Source: a candidate division WOR-3 bacterium (GTDB lineage Bacteria > Hydrothermota > 32-111). From it: a DNA stretch of 64,000 nt. Where the stretch lies: NCBI GenBank assembly GCA_037481815.1, contig JBBFKX010000001.1, positions 288,001 through 352,000 on the forward strand, in the 5' to 3' direction. The notes below the pieces were generated by a model. That model made no database searches, had not been told where the DNA came from, and saw only the letters and a list, made by a program, of their open reading frames with translations. Within the stretch, counting starts at the first letter, position 1, and each line of letters begins with the position of its first letter. Below, in pieces: positions 40,947-49,998 of the stretch. Both the position numbers and the translations under genes were made by a program.

Positions 40947-41831
40947 TTATACTCCTGCTAACCTTTTTAACTTTTCCCATCTTCTATTTACGTTATCCTG
41001 TATCTCTTTGATATCATTTTCTTTTAGATGTCTGAACCTTCCCTGTTTTAATAGATATTCGTTAACAGGTTTCAACTCTTTTTTCGGAGAAGGCATATTT
41101 ATGGTGTATTTTTCTCCATTTTCTATTTCATACAATGGGAAAATTCCGCTTTCAACAGCCATTCTACCCAATTTTATAGTATCTTCAGGGTTTGTTTTCC
41201 AGCCTGGTGGACATGGAGCCAGAATATGGAAAAATTTGAATCCTCTAATCTTAACCGCTTTTTCAAGTTTTTTCGTTAAATCCTCAGGATACGAAACACA
41301 TGCTGTTGCCTGGTATGGAACATTGTGTGCAGCAACTATAGCATCAAGATCTTTTTTGTTTTCAGATTTTGGAAATGTTGTTGGAGTTGTTGTTGTCCAT
41401 GCACCTTTTGGTGTAGCAGAGGATCTTTGAACACCAGTGTTCATATATGCCTCATTGTCGTAAACAAAATAGAATATATCATCATTTCTTTCAGCAGCAC
41501 CTGATAATGCCTGTATCCCTATGTCGTATGTTCCCCCATCTCCAGCCCATGCAACCGCGTGTACATACTCTTTTTCAACCTTCTTTACACCTGCCTTTAT
41601 TCCAGCAGCTGTTATTGCAGCTGTTTCAAACGCTGTGTGGAAAAGAGGTACTTTTACTGAAGAATATGGAAATGGACCATCTATCACTGACCAGCAACAT
41701 GCTGGAAATGTCAGAATCGTGTTCTCCCCTAGCGTCTTTAAAACCAACCTTAAAGCCAAAGCACCACCACATCCCTGACATGCGAGATGCCCTGGATTCA
41801 AAAGTTCTTTTTGTGGTATTGAGTATTTCAT
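40947..41831 (-). CDS. porB: Pyruvate/2-ketoisovalerate:ferredoxin oxidoreductase beta subunit
   Basis: GHLACQGCG, GDGGTYDIG, YDNEAYMNTG (TPP binding), PCPPGW. Start set at MKYSIP. Confidence 0.9.
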   Translation of the reverse strand: MKYSIPQKELLNPGHLACQGCGGALALRLVLKTLGENTILTFPACCWSVIDGPFPYSSVKVPLFHTAFETAAITAAGIKAGVKKVEKEYVHAVAWAGDGGTYDIGIQALSGAAERNDDIFYFVYDNEAYMNTGVQRSSATPKGAWTTTTPTTFPKSENKKDLDAIVAAHNVPYQATACVSYPEDLTKKLEKAVKIRGFKFFHILAPCPPGWKTNPEDTIKLGRMAVESGIFPLYEIENGEKYTINMPSPKKELKPVNEYLLKQGRFRHLKENDIKEIQDNVNRRWEKLKRLAGV

Positions 41832-42988
41832 AATTTCACCTCCATCCACTTGATATCAGCAGGTTCACTTTTCTTGGCATCTTCAAAAAGTTTATATATA
41901 GTATCAACGGTGATATCTCTTCCACCAAGACCAGCTATATATCCATAAATTTTTGGTTTAATAGGTTCATTATAAAGTGCAGATTTAACTTCTTGAAATA
42001 CGATTCCACCAGCACCAGGAGAAAGGTTTCTATCAAGAACTATCGCTTTTTTTGCATTTTTTAGACAGTTTCTAACATCCTCATAAGGGAAGGGTCTAAA
42101 AAATCTTATCCTTAAAAGTCCAACTTTTTCTCCCTTTGCTCTGAGTTCATCTATGACCTGTTTTGATGTTGATGCTGCGGTTGCTACCGCAACAAGAATC
42201 GTTTCAGCATCTTCGCATTTATAGGTTTCAACAAGTCCATACTCTCTTCCAAACATCTCTTTAAATTCTTTTTGTGCCTCTTTAATAACCTCTATAGAAT
42301 CTTCCATCGCCTTTTCTATTTTGTATCTCAATTCCATATACCAATCAGGAGTTGTCAATCCTCCAAAAGTGTGTGGATCCTTTATGTTGAGTTTATATTT
42401 TGGATTGTATGGTTTCAAATATCTATCTGCATCTTTTTGATCGATAAGAGTTACATTTTCAGAAGTATGTGATAAAAAGAAAGCATCAAGGATTATCATA
42501 ACAGGAAGAGAAACTTTTTCATTTTCAGCAACTTTGTATGCGATTAAAACTGAATCGTAAACTTCCTGGTTACTTGAAGCGTATATCTGGAGCCAGCCAG
42601 TATCTCTTTGTGATAAAGAATCTGTCTGTTCTGACCAGATCGTCCATGGTGGAGCCATAGATCTGTTGATGTTTCCCATAACTATTGGAAGTCGTGCACC
42701 AACAGCCCAGTGAAGCATCTCGTGCATCAAAGCGAGTCCCTGTGCACTTGTAGCAGTGAATGCTCTTGCTCCAGCTGCAGATGCTCCTATACAAGCAGCC
42801 ATCGCTGAATGTTCAGATTCAACTTTTATGAATTCAGCATCAAGAGTCCCATCAGCACACATCTCAGAAAGCAATTCAACAACCTGTGTTTGAGGAGTTA
42901 TAGGATATGCTGCAATAACCTGAACTCTCGATGTTACAGCCCCATAAGAAAGGGCATGGTTACCCATTATTACTTTTTGTTCACTCAT
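41828..42988 (-). CDS. porA: 2-oxoacid:ferredoxin oxidoreductase alpha subunit
   Basis: AAYPITPQT, VESEHSAM, TATSAQGL, GLGGRD. Confidence 0.92.
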   Translation of the reverse strand: MSEQKVIMGNHALSYGAVTSRVQVIAAYPITPQTQVVELLSEMCADGTLDAEFIKVESEHSAMAACIGASAAGARAFTATSAQGLALMHEMLHWAVGARLPIVMGNINRSMAPPWTIWSEQTDSLSQRDTGWLQIYASSNQEVYDSVLIAYKVAENEKVSLPVMIILDAFFLSHTSENVTLIDQKDADRYLKPYNPKYKLNIKDPHTFGGLTTPDWYMELRYKIEKAMEDSIEVIKEAQKEFKEMFGREYGLVETYKCEDAETILVAVATAASTSKQVIDELRAKGEKVGLLRIRFFRPFPYEDVRNCLKNAKKAIVLDRNLSPGAGGIVFQEVKSALYNEPIKPKIYGYIAGLGGRDITVDTIYKLFEDAKKSEPADIKWMEVKL

Positions 42989-43281
42989 TTTTCCTCCTCA
43001 ATCATTGTTATCGCTTTTACCGGGCATTCTGCTGCACATATCCCGCAACCTTTACAGAAAACATAATCAATCTCTGCCTTTCCTTCAGAATCCTCTTTTA
43101 TTGACATATCAGGGCAATATTTCCAGCAGATACCGCAGGCAATACATTTTGCTTTATCAACGACCGGTCTTTCATTCCTCCATGAGCCAGTTTCGTTGAA
43201 CTCTGTTGTTCCAAGGGACATCGCATTTGGAGGGAGATCACTCTCTTTTTCGAATATTATCTTCTTTCCAACTCTTTTCAT
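42985..43281 (-). CDS. porD: 2-oxoacid:ferredoxin oxidoreductase delta subunit (2x[4Fe-4S])
   Basis: TGSWR..RP, CIACGICWKYCP, CKGCGICAAECP. Confidence 0.92.
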   Translation of the reverse strand: MKRVGKKIIFEKESDLPPNAMSLGTTEFNETGSWRNERPVVDKAKCIACGICWKYCPDMSIKEDSEGKAEIDYVFCKGCGICAAECPVKAITMIEEEK

Positions 43282-43293
43282 AAATTCTCCTTA

Positions 43294-43845
43294 TTACATT
43301 ATTGTAGAATTGTATGCATCTATCGCTGCCTGAGCATTTTCATCAGGTTTAATCGGAACCTCTTTTTTTATAGCATCAACTATCGATTCGATTTTTACAA
43401 AACCTGTTGCTTTAGCAAAACCACCTAAAATAGCTGTATTTACTATCGGTGCAGCAGATGAACCCAATCTATGTTTTAAAGCGATACCTGTTGCATCAAC
43501 AGTTGCAATTTTACTATTTTTGGCTTTGATATTCAATTCATTGGGTTTTTTCTTGGTATTTATAACGATAAAACCACCCTCTTTTAAACCTTCAGTTATA
43601 TCTATAGCGTTTAACAGAGTCGGTTCAAGAACGATAAGATGCTGTGGTTCATAAATCTTTGAACGGATATTTATCCTCTGATCAGCAACTCTTATAAATG
43701 CTGTGACCGGGGCTCCTCTTCTTTCAACTCCAAATTCAGGGAATGCCTGTACAAATTTTCCTTCCATAGCAAAAGCGTACGCAAGGATTTTTGATGCTAT
43801 CACACCACCCTGTCCACCCCTTCCATGAATTCTTATCTCAAGCAT
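43294..43845 (-). CDS. porC: 2-oxoacid:ferredoxin oxidoreductase gamma subunit
   Basis: EIRIHGRGGQG, FGVERRGAPV, PIVNTAILG. Confidence 0.92.
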   Translation of the reverse strand: MLEIRIHGRGGQGGVIASKILAYAFAMEGKFVQAFPEFGVERRGAPVTAFIRVADQRINIRSKIYEPQHLIVLEPTLLNAIDITEGLKEGGFIVINTKKKPNELNIKAKNSKIATVDATGIALKHRLGSSAAPIVNTAILGGFAKATGFVKIESIVDAIKKEVPIKPDENAQAAIDAYNSTIM

Positions 43846-43862
43846 TATTCCTCCTATTAACT

Positions 43863-44930
43863 TTATTTATATTCTTTTGCACTTTCCTCTTTCGTTAACA
43901 CTCTAAGTCCACCCAGAGCAAGTGCTTGCATTTCATTCTCTCCTGGATACACTTTTATTGGAGCAATAAATGATACCATCTCTTCAATCCATCCAACAAA
44001 CATTTTGTCATAGGCAAGTCCTCCTGTTATCGCTATCACATCAACCTTTCCATGTAAAACTGCAGCCATCATTCCAACCCATTTTCCTATATTGTATGCC
44101 ATCGCTCTATAGATTCTTTCGTACTCTTTGTTTCCAGCCTTTACTTCATCTTCAACCTTTCTCATATCGTTTGTCCCGAGGTGTGCCACTATTCCTGCTT
44201 TTCCAGCAAGTCGTTTTTTAAAATCCTTTTCATCTATCTTCGTTTCGGTAATAAATTTATACAAACCCCAAGCTGGAACAGAACCTGCCCTTTCAGGTGC
44301 AAAAGGACCATCACCGTTAAGAGCGTTGTTCACATCAACTACTTTTCCTTTTCTATGAGCACCTACAGATATTCCACCACCCAGATGAACGACTATCAAA
44401 TTTATTTCTTCATACTTTTTCCCAAGATCCTGTGCTGCTTTCCTTGCTGTCGCTTTTTGATTTAAAGCATGAAAGATTGAAACCCTTTCGATCTCAGGGA
44501 AACCAGTTATCCTTGCGATATCATCCATCTCATCAACAACAACAGGATCGACTATGTATGAAGGTTTTCCAGTCTCTTTCTCAAACTCATAAGCGATCAT
44601 ACCTCCAAGATTTGAAGCATGTTCTCCAAGTGGGGAATGTTTGAGATCCTCTATCATTTTCTGGTTCACCTTGTAGGTTCCAGAAGGGATGGGTTTTACA
44701 AGTCCTCCCCTTCCAACAAAACAATCAAAATCCTTTATGTTGAACCCATTTTCCTTTAAGGTCTCTTCTATTGCTGCTCTTCTGAACTCATACTGGTCAA
44801 CGATGTGTTTGTATTTTGAAATCTCACTTTCAGGGTGAGATATAGTTTTTTTGAAAATCTCTTTGTCGTCCTCATAGACAGCTATCTTTGTAGAGGTTGA
44901 ACCTGGATTGATCGTTAAGATTTTATACAT
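43863..44930 (-). CDS. buk: Butyrate kinase (branched-chain fatty acid kinase)
   Basis: INPGSTSTK, GRGGL, HASNLG, DPVVVDE, HALNQKA, HLGGGISV, PGENE. Confidence 0.95.
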   Translation of the reverse strand: MYKILTINPGSTSTKIAVYEDDKEIFKKTISHPESEISKYKHIVDQYEFRRAAIEETLKENGFNIKDFDCFVGRGGLVKPIPSGTYKVNQKMIEDLKHSPLGEHASNLGGMIAYEFEKETGKPSYIVDPVVVDEMDDIARITGFPEIERVSIFHALNQKATARKAAQDLGKKYEEINLIVVHLGGGISVGAHRKGKVVDVNNALNGDGPFAPERAGSVPAWGLYKFITETKIDEKDFKKRLAGKAGIVAHLGTNDMRKVEDEVKAGNKEYERIYRAMAYNIGKWVGMMAAVLHGKVDVIAITGGLAYDKMFVGWIEEMVSFIAPIKVYPGENEMQALALGGLRVLTKEESAKEYK

Positions 44931-44973
44931 ATAACTCCTTTTTTATTTTTAAATTTTTATAATAACATTAACC

Positions 44974-46152
44974 TTAATATAAGTCAACCTTTAAACTCTC
45001 TTCAATTTTTGCTTTCAAAAGATCTTTTACGAACTTTGCCCCCTCTTTTGAAAAATGTTTATCAAATTTTTTTGTCAACTTCACTTTCATATCAATCTTT
45101 CGAAATTCATCCAATGGATAAATATATTCAATGTTATTACTTCTCAAAACATTCAAAACACTATCCATCACCTCTTCATATCGATTATGGTATCCATAAA
45201 GTTTTTCCAGTTGTTCAAGTCTTTTCATAAGATTTTGCTGATATGTCTATTCTGAAGGTATTACAAAAACAAGAAGTTTGCACCCTCTCAGTTCACATTC
45301 TTTTTTAACTTTTTTCATCAGTTTGTCATAAATCTTTATTGATTCCTTCCAGTTTATATAATTGAAAACATCCTCTTCTGGATTTAAAAGATCTGGCTCT
45401 AAAAGATTCTTTTCATATAAAAACTTCCCGAAACTCGTATACTGTAAATAAGATGAAAGCACTTTATAGATTTTTGTTTTGTATAGAGATAATTTTAAAG
45501 TTCTTGTGATCTTAAACAAAACTCCATAATTTTCAAATTCGTTTCCTTTAACAACTTTTTGCTCAACAATCTTTCTATCAACAGGATAGTTTAAAAGAAC
45601 TATTGAATCATTTTCGATAATAAATTTTGGCTTTGATGCTTTTGTTCCCCTATTATCTTTTAAAAGTTCATCAAGATCGTTGTTGAAAAACAAAAACACC
45701 ACAACAGAACTATCCTCAACTGTCTCTTTGAATAAAAGGTATTCCTGATCCGTTCCATATCCAACCATCCCATAATTTTTTACCTCAACATTCAACTCCT
45801 TTGACAACATACTCGATATCAACTCATCGTTATTTAAATGGTATCCCCATAAAAACGAATCTCCATACATCAAAATCTTTTTACCCTTATTCGTGTTTTC
45901 AGAATTGATAGTGTTTCTAAAACCTGATGAGTCGGTCTCAACAAAAAATTTACTCTCAAATGTCTTTACCATCACCTTCCTGTTAGGAACACCTCTCCAT
46001 CCAAGTAAACTATCCTCTTTGAATAGGTTGGATTCAGTAACCCAATTTTTTTCTGCATAAAATAAAAATAAACTTAGAACCATTTCAAGTATAACAATCA
46101 CGATAGTAATATACAATATAATAATAAGAAGGTTTTTTGTTATTTTTTTCAT
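44974..46152 (-). pseudogene. SGNH/GDSL-like membrane-anchored hydrolase interrupted by a single in-frame TAG at 45247-45249
   Basis: The frame continues IPSE*TYQQNLMKRLEQLEKLYGY...DKHFSKEG, colinear with the paralog IPSEFTYQEDLIEKLKRLEKFYGY...DKHFSKEG. This joins track ORFs 45247..46152 and 44974..45228. Confidence 0.8.
45687..46033. repeat. 347-bp exact direct repeat, copy 1
   Basis: Base-by-base identical to 46867-47213 (offset 1180). Confidence 0.95.
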
Positions 46153-46153
46153 T

Positions 46154-47326
46154 TTATCTATACGAAGAACTATAGTAATCTAACTTCTTCCTTAATAATT
46201 CCTTTACAAATATAGCACCTTCTTTAGAGAAATGTTTGTCAAAATTTTTTGTTAAACTTTTCTCTTTATTTCTTTCCATAAATTCTTCATAAGGGTAAAT
46301 ATAATCAATATCATTTTTTTTCAATATATCTTCTACATTCTTCATAATTTCAAAGTACTTATTTTTATATCCATAAAATTTTTCCAATCTTTTTAATTTC
46401 TCTATAAGATCTTCCTGATAGGTGAATTCTGATGGTATCATGAAAATTAATAATTCACATTTTTTTCTTTCACATTCAAACTTTATTTTTTGGATTAATT
46501 TTTCGTAAATTTTAAGAGCAGTGTTCATATCATTAAAATTTGGGATGTCCCATTCAGGTTTCATAAATTCTGGTATATCCATCAAATTTTTTTCATAAAG
46601 CCTTTTTCCAATTGAGTTATATTGTAAATAAGAAATTGCGAATTTAAAAATATTTGAAAAATATAACATCCTTTTTATTGAGGATGATAATCTATATCTA
46701 AGATTAAAGTTATTTACAGGAGATCTCTCTTTTATTTCTACATATTTTTCTTTCTTTACAGGATAATTGACCAACACAAGAGTATCATCTTTTATTATAA
46801 ATCTTGGTTTTGGTTTATATGGAGTTTTTAAATTATCATTTAATATATCCCGTAGATCATTTATATAAAACAAAAACACCACAACAGAACTATCCTCAAC
46901 TGTCTCTTTGAATAAAAGGTATTCCTGATCCGTTCCATATCCAACCATCCCATAATTTTTTACCTCAACATTCAACTCCTTTGACAACATACTCGATATC
47001 AACTCATCGTTATTTAAATGGTATCCCCATAAAAACGAATCTCCATACATCAAAATCTTTTTACCCTTATTCGTGTTTTCAGAATTGATAGTGTTTCTAA
47101 AACCTGATGAGTCGGTCTCAACAAAAAATTTACTCTCAAATGTCTTTACCATCACCTTCCTGTTAGGAACACCTCTCCATCCAAGTAAACTATCCTCTTT
47201 GAATAGGTTGGATCTTTCTTCCCAACTTGAATACTTTTCGAAAAACATCAAAAAAATTTTTAATCCAAGTTCAACTGCGATAAAAACAAGAAATATGTAC
47301 AATAAAACTGTTAAAAATTTTTTCAT
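46154..47326 (-). CDS. SGNH/GDSL-like membrane-anchored hydrolase or acyltransferase
   Basis: N-terminal TM, LGW, GFR, YGDSFLWG, NYGMVGYGTDQE, ND, DKH. Start set at MKKFLTV (leaderless). Confidence 0.75.
   Translation of the reverse strand: MKKFLTVLLYIFLVFIAVELGLKIFLMFFEKYSSWEERSNLFKEDSLLGWRGVPNRKVMVKTFESKFFVETDSSGFRNTINSENTNKGKKILMYGDSFLWGYHLNNDELISSMLSKELNVEVKNYGMVGYGTDQEYLLFKETVEDSSVVVFLFYINDLRDILNDNLKTPYKPKPRFIIKDDTLVLVNYPVKKEKYVEIKERSPVNNFNLRYRLSSSIKRMLYFSNIFKFAISYLQYNSIGKRLYEKNLMDIPEFMKPEWDIPNFNDMNTALKIYEKLIQKIKFECERKKCELLIFMIPSEFTYQEDLIEKLKRLEKFYGYKNKYFEIMKNVEDILKKNDIDYIYPYEEFMERNKEKSLTKNFDKHFSKEGAIFVKELLRKKLDYYSSSYR
46867..47213. repeat. 347-bp exact direct repeat, copy 2
   Basis: Identical to 45687-46033. 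Confidence 0.95.
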
Positions 47327-47327
47327 G

Positions 47328-47361
47328 TTGACAATTATAACCATATTAATATAATTTTCAA
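47328..47361. promoter_or_regulatory. Overlapping divergent promoters
   Basis: Plus strand TTGACA-N16-TATAAT (47328-47355); minus strand TTGAAA-N16-TATAAT (47334-47361), 7 nt from ATG 47326. Confidence 0.7.
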
Positions 47362-47375
47362 TAAAGGAGTTTACA

Positions 47376-47918
47376 ATGAAAGGGAAAATAGTTACAATCA
47401 TCTTTGTTTTTCTTTTTATTTCTCTTTTTTCTCAAACGAAAACTGATAACTTTCTCCATTTCGATTTTGTGTTTTCAAAACCAGCGAATACAACATCTTA
47501 CATTGGAACATTTGGCGTTTCCTATGGTTTGGATATAAAAGAGATGTTTGAAGTTAAAAATTTGAGTTTAAGACCTCAAATAGGTATCTCAATGGGTGGA
47601 GGTGTTGTAAAAGAAAGAATTGGACTTATAAATGTAGAATCGAATTGTTTATATTCTTTGATAATACCTGATCTTTCATTTTACTATTATTTAAGAGAGT
47701 TAAAAGAAACAGTAAAACAGGGAATTCTTTTTTATATAGGTGGTGGAATACTCATGCCTATTAAAATAGTTTCTTACTCCGATGATAGATTTGATGATAT
47801 ATTCACAAACGATTTTCCATTCCCTTCAATCAAAATTGGAATGATCATAAAAAGAAAATATGATATCCAGTTGAACTTTTCTGCACCATCTTCAATATCA
47901 TTTGGATTTATTTTTTAG
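47376..47918 (+). CDS. Small outer-membrane beta-barrel-like protein
   Basis: Signal peptide, FYIGGG, terminal ISFGFIF. AAGGAG SD. Confidence 0.6.
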   Translation: MKGKIVTIIFVFLFISLFSQTKTDNFLHFDFVFSKPANTTSYIGTFGVSYGLDIKEMFEVKNLSLRPQIGISMGGGVVKERIGLINVESNCLYSLIIPDLSFYYYLRELKETVKQGILFYIGGGILMPIKIVSYSDDRFDDIFTNDFPFPSIKIGMIIKRKYDIQLNFSAPSSISFGFIF

Positions 47919-48001
47919 CCACGAAAAAGGATAAAACAAATATTTAAAAGTATAAATAAAAACACAAAAAATCCAATAATATAAAATGTGAATTTTTGCA
48001 T
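47915..48001 (-). CDS. Putative 28-aa single-TM small protein (not in ORF track)
   Basis: MQKFTFYIIGFFVFLFILLNICFILFRG*, with a GAAGGGG SD-like sequence and a perfect promoter upstream. Confidence 0.55.
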   Translation of the reverse strand: MQKFTFYIIGFFVFLFILLNICFILFRG

Positions 48002-48020
48002 CTTCAACCCCTTCAAGTTT

Positions 48021-48110
48021 ATTATACTAACCTATTTTATTTTGTCAACTATTTTTTAATTTTAGTAAAATGTTTTTGTTTGTTGACTGAGAAAGATAAA
48101 TTTTTATAAT
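48021..48110. promoter_or_regulatory. Divergent promoters for the small ORF (-) and the TPR gene (+)
   Basis: Minus strand TTGACA-N16-TATAAT (48021-48048); plus strand TTGACT-N16-TATAAT (48083-48110). Confidence 0.7.
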
Positions 48111-48119
48111 ATGTTTTAT

Positions 48120-49439
48120 ATGAAAAAAATATCCATATTCATCTTTATTATATTTTTTTCAATCAAATTTTTCACCCAGGGGATAATGGATTTTTTTTCA
48201 AACTCTCTGGACTCTTTAGAGTTTTATATTGAAAAAAATGATACGATAAAAAGTTTAAAATTTTTTCAAATCTTGAAAGAGTTAGATTCAACAAAATATG
48301 AACCCTACTATCTTGTTGGTTATCTATATTATAAAAATAAAAATTTTGATAAATCTATTCATTACCTGAAAATTGCTTCAACTCTTAAAAACGATGAAGA
48401 AGTTTTATACCTTTTGAACAGATCTCTACTCGAAAAAGATGATGCTAATTTTTTGGAAAGTGTAAACAAATCTATAAAAAATTTCCCGAGAAGTGTAAAG
48501 TTGAAAAAATTAAAACTTTTTTATTTCGAGGGAAAAAATTTAAATGATTCTATCTTTGCTTTAGCACAAAATATAATATCCATTGACGATAACGATGTTG
48601 ACGCTTTGTTTTCGTTAGCAAAACATTATTACAGGATTAAAAATTATAACCTTGCTGAAAATTATATCATGCAGGTTTTAAAAATTGATAACAAAAATAA
48701 AAATTACAATTTTCTATCAGGTAAAATTTTTAGTGGGTTAAAAAAGTATGAGCAAAGCAATAAGATTTTTAAAAACCTTTTAAACAGCGAGTATGACTTT
48801 TATGCCTTAAATAGTATTATAGATAATTTTTATGAAGAAAACTTTTACGATTCCGCAAAATCATACTGTCTTAACGCATTGAAAAGTTATCCAGACTCAA
48901 TGATCATTTTAAAAAAACTTATTAACATATACAACAGAACAAAAGATTTTTCTATACTTTTAAATCTGGATTCGACTTTGACCAATACTGAAAAATATGA
49001 TCAGGAAATTTTTGAAAATCTTGGAAGAGAGTTTTTTAAGATCGATTCTTTAAATCTCTCAAAAAAATATTATGATAAAATTTTAGAAAAAAACCCAAAA
49101 TATTTTTCAAAGGAATCAGTTCAAAATTATATCCTATTAAATGAACTTGATACATCGGAAAAAATAATTTCAAGAATGGATTTAAAGAATTTTACTGATT
49201 CAATCTTTTTCTTGAAGTTCAAAGGTATTATAAAATACAAAAAAAATGAAAACGACTCATCAGAATTTTATTTTGAAAAACTTTATCTTTTAAATGATAA
49301 AGATACCACAAATATCAAATACCTCACAACCATCTATAGCAAAAATAAAAAATTTTTAAAATTGTCTGATCTTATCGAAAGTATAAAACATGTTTATCCT
49401 GAATTATATGAGAGATTAAAAGCAAAATATATCCATTAA
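48120..49439 (+). CDS. Exported TPR-repeat protein
   Basis: Signal peptide MKKISIFIF and TPR units. Start moved to 48120 because 48111 abuts the -10 box. Confidence 0.75.
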   Translation: MKKISIFIFIIFFSIKFFTQGIMDFFSNSLDSLEFYIEKNDTIKSLKFFQILKELDSTKYEPYYLVGYLYYKNKNFDKSIHYLKIASTLKNDEEVLYLLNRSLLEKDDANFLESVNKSIKNFPRSVKLKKLKLFYFEGKNLNDSIFALAQNIISIDDNDVDALFSLAKHYYRIKNYNLAENYIMQVLKIDNKNKNYNFLSGKIFSGLKKYEQSNKIFKNLLNSEYDFYALNSIIDNFYEENFYDSAKSYCLNALKSYPDSMIILKKLINIYNRTKDFSILLNLDSTLTNTEKYDQEIFENLGREFFKIDSLNLSKKYYDKILEKNPKYFSKESVQNYILLNELDTSEKIISRMDLKNFTDSIFFLKFKGIIKYKKNENDSSEFYFEKLYLLNDKDTTNIKYLTTIYSKNKKFLKLSDLIESIKHVYPELYERLKAKYIH

Positions 49440-49443
49440 AAAA

Positions 49444-49797
49444 TCACTCGACTGTTACACTCAAATAGGTTTTATGATCTTTATATTTTGCCTTGATACA
49501 GAATGTTCCCTTTTTAATTCCTTTAACCTTTAAAAAATTTTTCTCTTTCTTTTCGATTATATAGATGTTATCTCCCTGCAATTCCCATTCAACATTTTTG
49601 ATTGCAGATGAATTTTTCAATACCGATGAATTCTGATCGTAACCCACGATATTGAATATTGCTGTTTCTCCTATAGAAATTTTCGATGGCCCATTGATAC
49701 CAATCAAATAGCAGTTGACATCTTGAATCTCCCCTGTTTTTGCACAAGATACCAAAAAAAGAATTAGAAAAATTTTTAACATATTCTTTTTTGACAT
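49444..49797 (-). CDS. Lipoprotein with an Ig-like domain
   Basis: Lipobox LVSC; IGET..F...GYDQ, VEW, VKG.KKG...I.A, VTVE. Confidence 0.7.
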   Translation of the reverse strand: MSKKNMLKIFLILFLVSCAKTGEIQDVNCYLIGINGPSKISIGETAIFNIVGYDQNSSVLKNSSAIKNVEWELQGDNIYIIEKKEKNFLKVKGIKKGTFCIKAKYKDHKTYLSVTVE

Positions 49798-49818
49798 CTT
49801 CCCCCCTTTTCTTTTTAT

Positions 49819-49898
49819 ATGATAAAACTAAAATTTTTTCTGTCAATAAAAAAAATTTTAATTTTTCCTATTGAATTTATAAAAAAAAAATATATAAT
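49819..49898. promoter_or_regulatory. Divergent promoters for the lipoprotein (-) and the spe operon (+)
   Basis: Minus strand TTGACA-N16-TATCAT (49819-49846); plus strand TTGAAT-N16-TATAAT (49871-49898). Confidence 0.6.
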
Positions 49899-49920
49899 AC
49901 CTTCAAAACAGGAGTTTTGT

Positions 49921-49998
49921 ATGTGTCTTTTTTTATGTAGGTATCAGTTAAACCCTTTAACTTCAGATTATGGAGGTATGAAAGAATGCAAGCCCTAG
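49921..49998 (+). CDS. Putative leader peptide / uORF (25 aa) overlapping the speD start
   Basis: AGGAG-N6-ATG; MCLFLCRYQLNPLTSDYGGMKECKP*. Out of frame with speD and overlaps it by 13 nt. Confidence 0.5.
   Translation: MCLFLCRYQLNPLTSDYGGMKECKP

Noticed and set aside
45247..45249. Genome-wide TAG reassignment or pyrrolysine
   Set aside because: TAG correctly terminates ptb, the HAD gene and priA. Only one interrupted gene was found, and no pyl genes are visible.
45687..47213. Diversity-generating retroelement TR/VR pair
   Set aside because: The copies are fully identical with no adenine-specific mismatches, and no reverse transcriptase is in the window.
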